DNA of 63,293 nucleotides from a virus: UHGV virus genome UHGV-0247968; one strand, 5' to 3'. Shown piece by piece: positions 1 to 9,185 of this stretch (position 1 is its first letter; each line of letters starts with the position of its first letter). The notes under the pieces were generated by a model. It saw only the letters and a program-made list of their open reading frames with translations, ran no database searches and was not told where the DNA came from. The position numbers and the translations under genes were made by a program.

Positions 1-4
1 ACGA

Positions 5-44
5 CCCCTATCCATCGGCTGCGGAGTCAGTCGGCGGATAGGGG
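5..44. other. 9-bp inverted repeat hairpin (cccctatcc ... ggatagggg) at the window start
   Basis: Direct reading of the sequence. Lies in what would be the intergenic gap between the last + gene (ends 63278) and the VWA gene if the window is a circular genome. Confidence 0.3.
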
Positions 45-81
45 CGACTGTGGATTGAAACATATAGGAGAGGTGACACCT

Positions 82-2007
82 ATGTATGATATAGTAGATG
101 TTGTGTTACTGTGCCGTATGATGTCGGCACAGTACAGAATCAAGATACAGCCTGGGGTCTTCTCCATGGCGGACAAGTTCGATGCATCGGCATGGTGCCG
201 GAAGGACAAGGACGGCTATGTCCTGCAAGTCCCTTTCTCCCCGTATATGACTGAGGAACAGTGGCGCTACCTGCGTGGTTACATCGACCACGAATGCGGG
301 CACGTCAAGTTTACGGACTTCGAGACCTATTCAAACATGTATAGGTCTGTCGTGGCTGACTGCCTGCAATACAAGCCAAAGGCTTCAGTCACGCTCAAAG
401 ATTTTCTCCATGATTATGCCTCTATGGTTATCAATATTCTTGAAGACGTGCGTATCGAACGTCTCATGGGTATCGACTTCCCCGGCTCCAGAACGAACCT
501 CAATACGTTGAGCGAGTATCTGTTCAAGGACTGCTGCTCTGTGAGTATGATGATGGGCGAGGGTATGGCCGGAAGACTCTACAGTCTCCTGTTCATGCGT
601 GTCAGGTCGCTTATCAATCCGGCGCTGGAAGAGTCTGCACAGCTCTTGTACGATGACATGAAGGCCGATGTTCTGGTCGAAGACTACACAGAATACACCC
701 GTCATCTGGACGCTGTGTGGGGCATCGGTGACAGCTTCGTGCAGGATTGGAACGTGGAGCGTGCTGCTCTTGAGTTCATCCGTATCGTCATCGAAGTCCT
801 CGAAGATTATACGAATACGGCACAAGGCACCAACAGCAACGGAACATCTTCCGGTGACACCAGCAATTCCTCGGATGGTGACACCAGCAATTCCTCGGAT
901 GGTGACACCAGCGATTCTTCTGATGGTGACACCAGCGATTCTTCTGATGGTGACACCAGCGATTCCTCGAAGGATGCACATGCTTCGGGGAAGAAGTCTG
1001 TGGCTGTCAGTACCATGGCTGTTTCCGCTATGTCATCTGATTTGTATGACATGCAACGGGATGATAAGGGTAATATCCGTAGGCGTTTCCTGGATGCTGT
1101 GCAGGATATGACGGACTCGCTTGAGAACAACAACCAAATCTCCGATGAAGACCTGGCGTTCATGGATTCCATGTTCTCTCATACAGCGAAGAGACTGGAC
1201 ACGCTGCTCGACAAGCACAAGATGGACGAACTGGCTGATGGTAAGCGTGTGTATATCACCGATTGCAGTCATGTACATGCGCTGAGTCCTGAGCAACGGG
1301 GCGACATGGACGTTGTGCTGTACAACCTTTACGGCAGGCTTGCCGACGTGTTGCAGACCATGACGCTGGTACGACACAGCACCGGCCTGTGCGGCGCTCG
1401 CCTGGATGCGCATGTGCTGCATCGGGCATCCGTCGGGGACGGAAGGATTTTTTCCAAGAAGGTACAGCGGTTGCGGCGTGTCACGGAGGTAGCGCTGCTG
1501 TTTGACGCCAGCGGAAGCATGGGTATGAATGAATACGGCAAGAGCAACAACAATGAAATGGCGCAGTGCATGGCTCTAGGTTGTCTCAAGGCGCTGCGGG
1601 CTCTGCCGGGGGTCAAGTCTTCTCTGAGTGGGTTCTCCAACGGAGAAATGTTCGTCATGTCTGACTATGGCGCCCCCGTACATGAAGTCATCTTGTCTGC
1701 TGTCGGCGGTACGCCGCTCGGGGCATCGCTTGTCGAACTCACGTCGCAGTTCTCCGACGGCCCTGACGTGCGTCGCATCATCCTGTTCTTCACCGACGGG
1801 TTCCCGGATATTGTCGGGTCTGTGACCATGGCTCTCAATCTGGCGAAGCGTTCCGGCATCGAGGTCTACGGCATCGGGCTGCAGACGAAGGCTATCCATA
1901 CCTTCATGGACAGCGACCATAGCATTATCGTCAACAGTATCCACGAATTGGCGGACGGCATGTGTGACATGCTCCGCAAGGGAATGGTGCGGGCATATGA
2001 AGTATAA
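82..2007 (+). CDS. VWA (MIDAS) domain protein with an N-terminal HExxH metallopeptidase-like region (CobT/DUF2201-like partner of MoxR/CobS-type AAA+ ATPases)
   Basis: ORF 55..2007 starts on TTG; the ATG at 82 is preceded by AGGAGAGG. HECGH (HExxH) at ~nt 289-303. Complete C-terminal MIDAS: LLFDASGSMG (DxSxS, ~nt 1504), GGTPLG (Thr), FFTDGFPD (Asp). Confidence 0.7.
   Translation: MYDIVDVVLLCRMMSAQYRIKIQPGVFSMADKFDASAWCRKDKDGYVLQVPFSPYMTEEQWRYLRGYIDHECGHVKFTDFETYSNMYRSVVADCLQYKPKASVTLKDFLHDYASMVINILEDVRIERLMGIDFPGSRTNLNTLSEYLFKDCCSVSMMMGEGMAGRLYSLLFMRVRSLINPALEESAQLLYDDMKADVLVEDYTEYTRHLDAVWGIGDSFVQDWNVERAALEFIRIVIEVLEDYTNTAQGTNSNGTSSGDTSNSSDGDTSNSSDGDTSDSSDGDTSDSSDGDTSDSSKDAHASGKKSVAVSTMAVSAMSSDLYDMQRDDKGNIRRRFLDAVQDMTDSLENNNQISDEDLAFMDSMFSHTAKRLDTLLDKHKMDELADGKRVYITDCSHVHALSPEQRGDMDVVLYNLYGRLADVLQTMTLVRHSTGLCGARLDAHVLHRASVGDGRIFSKKVQRLRRVTEVALLFDASGSMGMNEYGKSNNNEMAQCMALGCLKALRALPGVKSSLSGFSNGEMFVMSDYGAPVHEVILSAVGGTPLGASLVELTSQFSDGPDVRRIILFFTDGFPDIVGSVTMALNLAKRSGIEVYGIGLQTKAIHTFMDSDHSIIVNSIHELADGMCDMLRKGMVRAYEV
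853..969 (+). repeat. 24-bp tandem repeat x5 encoding (GDTS[ND]SSD)5 inside the VWA protein
   Basis: ggtgacaccagc(a/g)attc(c/t)tc(g/t)gat units read directly. Forms an acidic Ser/Asp-rich linker. Confidence 0.85.
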
Positions 2008-2206
2008 CACCAACAAGGATGTGAACCGCTTCATCAAGGACATGCTTGGTCGTGGGTGGAGACTGGTCAGTCACAACAAACACATCAAGTTGCAGCACGA
2101 CAACGGTTCCATCATCAACATGGCTACCAGCAGCAAGGAAGGGAAACTGTCGAGGAAGCTGAAGAACTTCAAAGCCACGGTGCGGAAGCTGGAGGAAAGA
2201 TGTTGA
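1997..2206 (+). CDS. hicA: HicA-like mRNA interferase toxin
   Basis: 69-aa product MKYNTNKDVNRFIKDMLGRGWRLVSHNKHIKLQHDNGSIINM... matches the HicA core (GW.L...G.H.KL.H..G..I.MP) including the catalytic His. The ATG overlaps the stop of the VWA gene. Confidence 0.7.
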   Translation: MKYNTNKDVNRFIKDMLGRGWRLVSHNKHIKLQHDNGSIINMATSSKEGKLSRKLKNFKATVRKLEERC

Positions 2207-2412
2207 AGCAGCGTTTCTGGCGACTGTTTCACCAACACAACAGGGACTTCATCCAGGAGCGCCGCGAAACAGCGGCGCGCTGGATGACCCGGGCCCGGTT
2301 ACTGGTGAAAGTGTCCGATGATGAAGGTGAAATCATGGATGCTGCACTCACTATCATGTGGGGCGGTATTGACAACCTACATAAAATGATAGATAACAAG
2401 ACAAATCCATAA
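2200..2412 (+). CDS. small protein translationally coupled to hicA; possible HicB-like antitoxin
   Basis: GGAGGAAAG ATG at 2200 overlaps the hicA stop (ATGTTGA). 70-aa product. Its position fits the hicA-hicB order but sequence similarity to HicB is not evident. Confidence 0.3.
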   Translation: MLKQRFWRLFHQHNRDFIQERRETAARWMTRARLLVKVSDDEGEIMDAALTIMWGGIDNLHKMIDNKTNP

Positions 2413-2424
2413 GGAGGGTATAGA

Positions 2425-3003
2425 ATGAGTATCCAAGAAGACGTGCAGAACATGCCTCCCATCGAGGTCATCCTCAAAATCATCCTTCCCAAGATGAACA
2501 ATCGCATCAAGACGCTGAACGCTGATGTCCAGGCGCTTCGAGAAGAAGTCGAAGCGCTGAAGGCTGCGGCTCCGAAGAAGCGTGCGCCGCGCAAGAAGAA
2601 GGCCGACGACGAAGCTCCGGCTCCCGGGGCCCAGCCTGCTCCGGCTCCCGTGGCCCAGCCTGCTCCGGCTCCCGTGCCTCAGCCTGCTCCGGCTCCCGTG
2701 GCCCAGCCTGCTGACCCTGCGCCTGCGGCCCAGTCTACGGGTACTCTGCTGTGTACCTATGACAGCGAGCAGGATGAGTTCGTGCCGCTGAATATCGAAG
2801 GGTGGCCGCTCACCGGTAACAACGTCGGACTCGCCTTGTATGCCATGGATACGATGCGTAACAACATCGGTGACGCTGCGACCATGTCCAAGCTGCCCGA
2901 GGGATTCATCAAGTTCGTCACCGACCTGACGCCTGAGCAGCGCAAGCAGGTCAACGTCAAGTTCCCTGCGCAGAACCCCACCTTCAAGGAATACTTCGTC
3001 TAA
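2425..3003 (+). CDS. hypothetical protein with N-terminal coiled coil and (AQPAPAPV) linker
   Basis: Strong RBS TAAGGAGGG upstream of the ATG. Lys-rich segment followed by a Pro/Ala repeat. Confidence 0.6.
   Translation: MSIQEDVQNMPPIEVILKIILPKMNNRIKTLNADVQALREEVEALKAAAPKKRAPRKKKADDEAPAPGAQPAPAPVAQPAPAPVPQPAPAPVAQPADPAPAAQSTGTLLCTYDSEQDEFVPLNIEGWPLTGNNVGLALYAMDTMRNNIGDAATMSKLPEGFIKFVTDLTPEQRKQVNVKFPAQNPTFKEYFV
2614..2712 (+). repeat. 24-bp tandem repeat x4 (gctccggctcccgtggcccagcct) encoding APAPVAQP
   Basis: Read directly from the sequence. Confidence 0.85.
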
Positions 3004-3014
3004 CCAGTATGCGA

Positions 3015-3039
3015 GGGAGGGGCAGCAGCCCCTCCCTTT
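3015..3039 (+). terminator. GC hairpin gggagggg-cagcag-cccctccc followed by TTT, between the 2425 gene and the DNA polymerase gene
   Basis: Perfect 8-bp stem with a short T tract. Probably a weak or partial terminator. Confidence 0.35.
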
Positions 3040-3050
3040 GGAGATACACC

Positions 3051-5141
3051 ATGTCTGAAAGCACGCTTGTCGTCATAGACTTCGAGACCTACTGGGACAG
3101 CAAGACTTACACGCTGTCGAAGATGGGTCCCATCGAGTATGTCCGCAACGAAAACTTTGCTCCGCAGCTTTGCGCTTTCGCCATGTCCAATGGCGCCTGC
3201 TGCGTCGACTGTTTCGCTGTCGAATATGAGCGTCTGCAAACGACATTCGAAAATCTGGATGCGCACGACGTTGCCTGGTGCGGGCATAACATGCACGGCT
3301 TCGACAGTCTCATCCTGTCGGAGTTCTTCGACTTCCATCCCCGGAAAATATGGGACACCATCGCCATGATGCGGTGGACAGGCTTATCCCGTGTGTGTCG
3401 TGAGAGCCATGCCGCCCTTACCGAGTTCCTCGGCAACGGCCACAAGGCTGCCGGTACGGTCGTCAGTGACCATAAGCAATGGCCGGACGACTTCACGCCG
3501 GAAGAGCGGATGTTCTTCATCCAGTATTGCAAAGACGACGCCGGGCAATGTTACCAAAACGCGCTGGACATGCTGCCTTACATGACGCCTGATGCCCTGC
3601 GCTTCATGTCCATCACGGCCCGCATGGCTACCGAGCCTTCGTTCGTGCTGGATGAAGACCTGCTGCTGGAGTACCTGTCCGACCTCGACGCTGCTGCGGA
3701 CAAGGCCCGGCAGGAACTCATGGCCATGTTCTCGTTCCAGTCCAATGCCGACATGCTGGCCGCTCTGCGTTCGGCTGACAAGTTCGCCGGTATGCTGCGC
3801 TCTTTGGGTGTCGAACCTCCGCTCAAAGAGAGTGCGGCGAAGACCAAGACCAAGAGGGAAAAGCTCCAGCTCGCTGCTGATGCCGGGGTTCCGGGAGCTG
3901 CTGAAGAACTGGAGAACATGCAGCCTGTGATGACCTATGCCTTCAGCAAGACTGACGTGGACTTCGTCCTCATGCAAGACCATCCCGACCCTCGTGTCGC
4001 GATGCTCGTGCGCACCCGGTTGCAGCTCAACAGCAGCATCGACCGGAGCCGTGCGGAGACCCTGCTCAAGTTCGCCCGGATGCATAAGCCCCTGCCCATC
4101 ATGCTTGGGGCGTGGCTGGCACATACGGGGCGGTATTCCGCCGGTGCTTCCGCCGACGCCGGGACGAAGACCGACAAGCTCCAGTTCCAAAACCTGAGCA
4201 AGCGGGACCCTTCCAAGCGCAAGCTCCGGCAAGCCATCAAGGTCCCGGAAGGCCATGTCGTTGTGGCCTGCGACTCTGCGCAAATCGAAGCGCGAGGACT
4301 GGCCTTCGTGGCTAATGAGGTCGGGCTGCTCACGCAGTTCCGTGAAGGACGTGACCCGTACTCCGAACTGGCTGAAACGATTTTTGGTATCCCGTGGCAG
4401 GACATCAAGGCCGGGGCCAAGTCTGGCGACAAGAAGATGAAGATGTACCGTAACACAGGGAAGACCGGTATCCTGTCGTGCGGGTATGGCGTCGGCCATG
4501 TGAAGTACAGCAACACGCTGCTGCGGCAGGGAATCCACCTGCACGAAGACCTCGACAGACACCATGAACTGGCGCGCTATGCACATGGTATCTACAGGGC
4601 TGCACATCCCAACATCGTCGCCTTCTGGAAGACGGCGGAGAATGTTCTGGAGGCCATGCTGCGTGGCGAATCCGGTACTTTCGGCGGTCCCAACAACGAC
4701 ATCTACACCTTCGGCATCATGCCCGTGGGACCCAGGACTGACCTGTGTGTTCCGTCTGTCCGGTTCCCGAGCGGTTACATCCTGCGCTACCCCGGCCTGC
4801 GTGCCGAGCGTAACGACTGGGGAAAGTGGCAGTTCCTCTATGATACTTACAAGGGTGCTTCCAAAATTCCTACCCATATTTATGGGGGGTCGTTTACAAA
4901 TAATCTCGTTCAGGGTCTTTCCTTCGTTGACGTTATTATGTATCAAGGTTGCCGGATGGATGAGGCCGGAATCAAGCTGGCCTGCAACATCCACGACGCC
5001 TGGGCATCTGTCACGCCGGAAGAGCAGGGCGAGTATGTGAAGCAGCAGATGCTCCACTACATGTCCATGGTCCCGCCTGCTCTCAATGGCTTGCCTGTGG
5101 CGTGTGAAGCGGAGATAGGGACGACTTTCGAAATCGTCTAG
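3051..5141 (+). CDS. DNA polymerase, family A (Pol I-like) with 3'-5' exonuclease domain
   Basis: Exo I motif VIDFETY. Motif A VVACDSAQIEARGLA (cf. DYSQIELR). Motif B RNTGKTGILSCGYGVG. Pre-motif C NNLVQGLSFVDVIM (cf. QGTAADI). Motif C NIHDA. ATG at 3051 after a GGAG RBS. Confidence 0.85.
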   Translation: MSESTLVVIDFETYWDSKTYTLSKMGPIEYVRNENFAPQLCAFAMSNGACCVDCFAVEYERLQTTFENLDAHDVAWCGHNMHGFDSLILSEFFDFHPRKIWDTIAMMRWTGLSRVCRESHAALTEFLGNGHKAAGTVVSDHKQWPDDFTPEERMFFIQYCKDDAGQCYQNALDMLPYMTPDALRFMSITARMATEPSFVLDEDLLLEYLSDLDAAADKARQELMAMFSFQSNADMLAALRSADKFAGMLRSLGVEPPLKESAAKTKTKREKLQLAADAGVPGAAEELENMQPVMTYAFSKTDVDFVLMQDHPDPRVAMLVRTRLQLNSSIDRSRAETLLKFARMHKPLPIMLGAWLAHTGRYSAGASADAGTKTDKLQFQNLSKRDPSKRKLRQAIKVPEGHVVVACDSAQIEARGLAFVANEVGLLTQFREGRDPYSELAETIFGIPWQDIKAGAKSGDKKMKMYRNTGKTGILSCGYGVGHVKYSNTLLRQGIHLHEDLDRHHELARYAHGIYRAAHPNIVAFWKTAENVLEAMLRGESGTFGGPNNDIYTFGIMPVGPRTDLCVPSVRFPSGYILRYPGLRAERNDWGKWQFLYDTYKGASKIPTHIYGGSFTNNLVQGLSFVDVIMYQGCRMDEAGIKLACNIHDAWASVTPEEQGEYVKQQMLHYMSMVPPALNGLPVACEAEIGTTFEIV

Positions 5142-5152
5142 GAGGACAGCAC

Positions 5153-5839
5153 ATGCCTTTCGTTTACTCCCCGAGCAACATGCAGACCTTCAGGGATTGC
5201 CCGTTGCGTTTCTGGGGGCAGTCCATAAGCAAGGAAATCAAATGGAAAGCCAGCGGTTCCAAGTCCCGTGGGCAGACCATCCATACCGCCATCCAGCGCA
5301 GGCTCCATTATGGCTGGAGTGATGATGTTTCCTGGGATGCCACCATCGACGTGGACTTCGTGCGCGATTGCGTCGGAGAAGTTCGTCGGCTCATGTCACA
5401 GGGGGCTTCCCTGTATACCGAACACGAGCTTGTCCTGAACGCGAACGGCGGCAAGACTGGCTGGTGGGATGACGACGCCCGTATCCGGGCCCGGGCGGAT
5501 GCCTTGGTCCTCCCTGCCGATGCAGCCGAACCCGCCCTGCTTATCGACATCAAGACGGGGAAGAAGTGGGACATCGACGACTTCCAGCTCAGGGTAGAAT
5601 GTCTGCTCACGCACATCCTGTATCAGCGTGCTGTGGTTCGCTATGCCTACTGGTATGTGGACAGCGGCGAAGAAGTTGACGGCATCATCGACTTCCGCAA
5701 CGGCCTGGCCCCGGTACAGGATGTCTTGGAGCTGCTCGGAACCATGGAGAAGGCTCTCAAGAACAATCATTTCCCTCCCACGTCCAACAAGTTCTGTCGC
5801 TGGTGCGACTTCAACAACACACCCAAATGCATGAGGTAA
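5153..5839 (+). CDS. PD-(D/E)xK exonuclease of the Cas4/RecB family (four-Cys cluster)
   Basis: N-terminal FRDCPLRFW, DIKTGK, and C-terminal CRWCDFNNTPKC, typical of Cas4-like phage exonucleases. Confidence 0.7.
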   Translation: MPFVYSPSNMQTFRDCPLRFWGQSISKEIKWKASGSKSRGQTIHTAIQRRLHYGWSDDVSWDATIDVDFVRDCVGEVRRLMSQGASLYTEHELVLNANGGKTGWWDDDARIRARADALVLPADAAEPALLIDIKTGKKWDIDDFQLRVECLLTHILYQRAVVRYAYWYVDSGEEVDGIIDFRNGLAPVQDVLELLGTMEKALKNNHFPPTSNKFCRWCDFNNTPKCMR

Positions 5840-5842
5840 CCT

Positions 5843-6301
5843 ATGGGACGCGAAAAGTTCAAGCCGCGCACTCGGGTACATGAAAGCTGGAACATGAATA
5901 ACAGCGGTGATGTGTACAACGCCATATGTCGCATGGCGCAGATTGGCGGTAATCAAGCGTTGGTCGGCAAGCATATCGGGCTGAACTTCCCCGGACAGAT
6001 GGAATGTATGCTGTTTCTGGAACGGGGCGGCAGACCTGTGACGTTCAACATCACACCTGTGATGGATGAAACCCGGTACATCATCGACGGTCTCGGCTAC
6101 GATATGCGTTGCCCTGATGTCGTGCTCACCGCGTCTGACCGTTACGGGTACGTCACGGCCTACACTATCTATGCCCATGCTGACTACGACATCGTCGGGT
6201 CCATCACGTTCAACATCGACGACCTGATTGCCGTACAGTTCAAAGTCTTTGAAACCAACAAGAAGGCTTCCCGTCCCTGGTACAAGAGGCTGTTCTCGTG
6301 A
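5843..6301 (+). CDS. hypothetical protein
   Basis: ORF in an operon with the replication genes. No recognisable motif. Confidence 0.5.
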   Translation: MGREKFKPRTRVHESWNMNNSGDVYNAICRMAQIGGNQALVGKHIGLNFPGQMECMLFLERGGRPVTFNITPVMDETRYIIDGLGYDMRCPDVVLTASDRYGYVTAYTIYAHADYDIVGSITFNIDDLIAVQFKVFETNKKASRPWYKRLFS

Positions 6302-6585
6302 CACCTGAAGGCAAGGTGAAAGCGAGGGTCAAAAGCATCCTCAACAGCTTGGGGGCCTGGTACGCCATGCCCCTGGGCACGGCTTTTGGAAAGCGTGGCG
6401 TCCCGGATTTTCTTGTCTGTCACAAAGGGAAGTTCTTTTCTATCGAGACGAAAGCAGGCAGGGGCAAGACCACGGCGTTGCAGGAGTATGAGATGGCGCG
6501 TATCCGGGATGCCGGAGGTGTCACGCTCATCATCAACGAACATAATGTGGAAAGTCTCCCGGAATACATGGAGGAAGTAATATGA
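6298..6585 (+). CDS. VRR-NUC domain nuclease
   Basis: GVPDFLVCHKGKFFSIETK...TALQ matches the VRR-NUC PD-(D/E)xK core. ATGA overlap with the upstream gene. Confidence 0.7.
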   Translation: MTPEGKVKARVKSILNSLGAWYAMPLGTAFGKRGVPDFLVCHKGKFFSIETKAGRGKTTALQEYEMARIRDAGGVTLIINEHNVESLPEYMEEVI

Positions 6586-7184
6586 TTGACACGTCCAAAA
6601 CATTGCAGCAGCTCGCTACCGAGTTCGGTGTGCCGCCCAAAATCATCCTTGCCAGACTGCGTAACGAGAAGTCCATCGAAGAAAGTTTCACCGCGCCGTA
6701 CACAGTCAGCGCCGCATATACTGCGCCGGATGGGCGAAGTGTGACGAACCTGCGAGAGCTGGCGCGGGAACACGGTATCAACTACCTCACGTTGCGCAAC
6801 CGGCTGGCATCCGGCTGGTCCATGGAAGACGCACTGAAGACGCCGAGAAGGGCTGTGTCCGTAGACCTCGACAAGCGCTATGGTATGCCCATCATGGAAT
6901 GGCTCAAGCAGTCCGGCATCACCAAGGCGCAGTTCAACAGTCGCATCTCTCGTGGGTGGGACCCGGAGCGAGCCGCCCGGCAGGGCAAGAGCTTCGAGGC
7001 TGCCGTCCTGTATCGCTTCCCTGACGCCGACATCAAGACCGTGCTTTCCAGTATGTCTGAACACGGTATCTCCGAGCAGGCTGTCCGCAAGCGTATGGCT
7101 GAAGGCTGGCCGCTGGAGAAGTGCATCACTGTCCCTGCTGTCCTGCCGCTGGCTAAGGTCCACGCCGCTGTGCCGAAGGAGTAA
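6582..7184 (+). CDS. DNA-binding protein with four tandem ~30-aa HTH-like repeats
   Basis: Repeats of the form G(I/V)..x..L.NR(L/I)..GW..E.A...P: EFGVPPKIILARLRNEKSIEESF; EHGINYLTLRNRLASGWSMEDALKTP; QSGITKAQFNSRISRGWDPERAARQ; EHGISEQAVRKRMAEGWPLEKCITVP. Confidence 0.55.
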   Translation: MIDTSKTLQQLATEFGVPPKIILARLRNEKSIEESFTAPYTVSAAYTAPDGRSVTNLRELAREHGINYLTLRNRLASGWSMEDALKTPRRAVSVDLDKRYGMPIMEWLKQSGITKAQFNSRISRGWDPERAARQGKSFEAAVLYRFPDADIKTVLSSMSEHGISEQAVRKRMAEGWPLEKCITVPAVLPLAKVHAAVPKE

Positions 7185-7191
7185 CAGCACC

Positions 7192-8841
7192 ATGTTCAAG
7201 TTCGGCAACAACCTCGTCGTTTTTCCCGAGGAAGGTCAGATGGTGGCGGAGGTGACTGACCCTGTGAGCGTGGCGCACATGAAAAACCTCAACACCATCT
7301 CGACCTTCCCCATAGCGATGATGGACAGGCCGGGCGGAGCATTGCTCATCCAGCTTCCCTGGACAGAGGAAGGGTGTCGTATCCTGCAAAACATGGGTAT
7401 CGACACCGTAGGTGCTTCGCCTATGTATCACGCCACGGATACGCCCCTTGTCGAAGGAAAATTCAAACCGCTCAAGCACCAGTTGCTCACCGCCGCCTTC
7501 CTGACTTTGTACGACAAGAGCTATGTCTTGTCTGAGCCCAGGCTAGGCAAGACAGGCAGCATCATTCTGGCTATGGACTATCTTCAGCGGCACCGCGCAT
7601 TGACCGGTGGTGTCCTCATCATCACGACGTACACCACCATCCATAGCGTTTGGGCCAGTGGTATCAAGGAGACGCTCCCCAACGCCATCGTGCAGATAGT
7701 ACATGGCCCGACGCGCGCTGCTGACCTTCAGCGTCCGGCTGATTTTTATGTCACCAATTACGAGTCGGTACGTCTCGATGATAAAGCATTCCGAGACGCT
7801 GTCAGGGATTCTCGTATCGGTGCCGTCATCATCGACGAACTAACACATCTAGGGAATCCTGAGAGCAAGCGGAGCAAGGCCATTCAGAAGTTGTGCCAGC
7901 GGGTGCGTGCAGACTTGCGTGTCGTCGGTATAACCGGTTCTCCGGCTGATGACCCCGAAGCTGTGTACGGCATGGTCAAATGTGTCACGCCGACGCGCCT
8001 GCCGGTGACTACCAAGACGGCATGGAAAGACCTCGTGATGTTCAAATGGGGCAGCCTGCCGTGGCAAAAGGACACCCGAGCCAGTGCGAGCCAGACCATA
8101 TTCAACACGATGCAGCCCGCAATCAGGTTCAAGAAATCTGAAGTTCTCGACTTGCCGCCTGTTACAGAACAGGTGCGGAGCTGTGAGCTCACCAAAGAAC
8201 AGGAGCGGCATCGTGACAAGCTGCGGGCCGATGCCTTGACTATCATGGCCAATGGTGAAGTCATCACGGCAGCCAATGGCGGTGTTCTTCTCCAGCGTCT
8301 CATGCAGATATACCTCGGGGTCATCAAGGGTGGTGATGGGAAGGCCATCGAGCTCGACCATGCCCCTAGGACACAGGTGATACTCGACGCCATAGCTGAG
8401 ACGAATCGCAAGGTAGTCATCTTCTGTTCCTATATCGCCGGTGTGCGTATGCTCACCAAAGAGATAGAGGCCGCAGGTTACACGACGGCATTCATAGACG
8501 GTAGTGTCACCGGTCAGAAGCGGGCTACCATCCTGTCGGACTTCCAGAACGCCAAAGACCCTCATGTTCTGGTGTGTCATCCGACGACGGTAGGTTTCGG
8601 TACGGAATTGTCTGCTGCGGATACGATGATTTTCGCGAACCCATTGTTGCTTGGGGGCTTCGCCTATACACAGGCGCTCGAACGCTTGAGTTCCGTGCGG
8701 CAGAAGGCAGACAACATCAACATCATCCACATCGTAGCATCGCAAGACGAACGCCGTATATTGCGCAGGCTCCAAGCCGGACACTCGGAAGCTATGGACA
8801 TCGCCGGGCTGTTCGAGGCTTTTGTCAAAGGAAATGATTGA
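7192..8841 (+). CDS. SNF2/DEAD-like superfamily 2 helicase
   Basis: PRLGKTGS (Walker A-like), DELTH (motif II), and a helicase C-terminal domain (VVIFCSY...QKRATILSDFQ...HPTTVGFGTELSAAD). ATG at 7192 is in frame within ORF 6880..8841. Confidence 0.8.
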   Translation: MFKFGNNLVVFPEEGQMVAEVTDPVSVAHMKNLNTISTFPIAMMDRPGGALLIQLPWTEEGCRILQNMGIDTVGASPMYHATDTPLVEGKFKPLKHQLLTAAFLTLYDKSYVLSEPRLGKTGSIILAMDYLQRHRALTGGVLIITTYTTIHSVWASGIKETLPNAIVQIVHGPTRAADLQRPADFYVTNYESVRLDDKAFRDAVRDSRIGAVIIDELTHLGNPESKRSKAIQKLCQRVRADLRVVGITGSPADDPEAVYGMVKCVTPTRLPVTTKTAWKDLVMFKWGSLPWQKDTRASASQTIFNTMQPAIRFKKSEVLDLPPVTEQVRSCELTKEQERHRDKLRADALTIMANGEVITAANGGVLLQRLMQIYLGVIKGGDGKAIELDHAPRTQVILDAIAETNRKVVIFCSYIAGVRMLTKEIEAAGYTTAFIDGSVTGQKRATILSDFQNAKDPHVLVCHPTTVGFGTELSAADTMIFANPLLLGGFAYTQALERLSSVRQKADNINIIHIVASQDERRILRRLQAGHSEAMDIAGLFEAFVKGND

Positions 8842-8868
8842 CAACAGACCTGTGTAGATATATCCATT
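8840..8868 (+). promoter_or_regulatory. possible sigma70-like promoter (TTGACA - 16/17 nt - ATATCC) upstream of the 8886 gene
   Basis: The TTGACA spans the stop codon of the helicase gene. The -10 element is weak. Confidence 0.3.
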
Positions 8869-8885
8869 TTTATGGAGACAGTACC

Positions 8886-9185
8886 ATGAGAGTAAAATCA
8901 CAGGAATTTATCGACTATCTGCGCGAGGTTCTGCCGCCTTTCTTCGCCCGCAAAGATGTCGAAAAATTCACCCAAGGCATCATCACCCGCAAACAACTGG
9001 AGATGCTGGACTACAGAGGCACCGGTCCCACTTGTAGCAAGATGCGCACCAGGGTCTACTACAAGAAAGAGGACTTCATCGCATGGCTTGAACGCGCCGA
9101 AGGAGAATACCGTGTCGAAGACTATACGCAATATGGCGTCCGAATTGTCCGAAATTCGGGCGAAGAAGAAGGCTCTCCAAGATAA
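8886..9185 (+). CDS. excisionase/AlpA-like HTH (HTH_17 family) DNA-binding protein
   Basis: FFARKDVEKFTQGIITRKQLEMLDYRGTGPTCSKMRTRVYYKKEDFIAWLE fits the MerR-like excisionase HTH. Confidence 0.55.
   Translation: MRVKSQEFIDYLREVLPPFFARKDVEKFTQGIITRKQLEMLDYRGTGPTCSKMRTRVYYKKEDFIAWLERAEGEYRVEDYTQYGVRIVRNSGEEEGSPR

Noticed and set aside
55-81. TTG start at 55 for the VWA gene (ORF table start)
   Set aside because: The ATG at 82 has a canonical AGGAGAGG Shine-Dalgarno 8 nt upstream. The TTG at 55 has none.
4840-4960. Local AT-rich patch inside the DNA polymerase gene (possible intein or insertion)
   Set aside because: The reading frame is continuous, and the patch encodes the conserved pre-motif C segment (NNLVQGLSFVDVIM). 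Compositional oddity only.
3384-5057. Long antisense ORFs inside real genes (e.g. 557 aa on the - strand inside the DNA polymerase; 601 aa at 11133..12938 inside the primase; 196-aa and 274-aa ORFs around 15.3-16.1 kb; many Arg/Gly/Pro-rich ORFs)
   Set aside because: Typical stop-codon-poor shadow frames of GC-rich DNA. No motifs or RBS, and the overlapping sense ORFs carry clear conserved domains.
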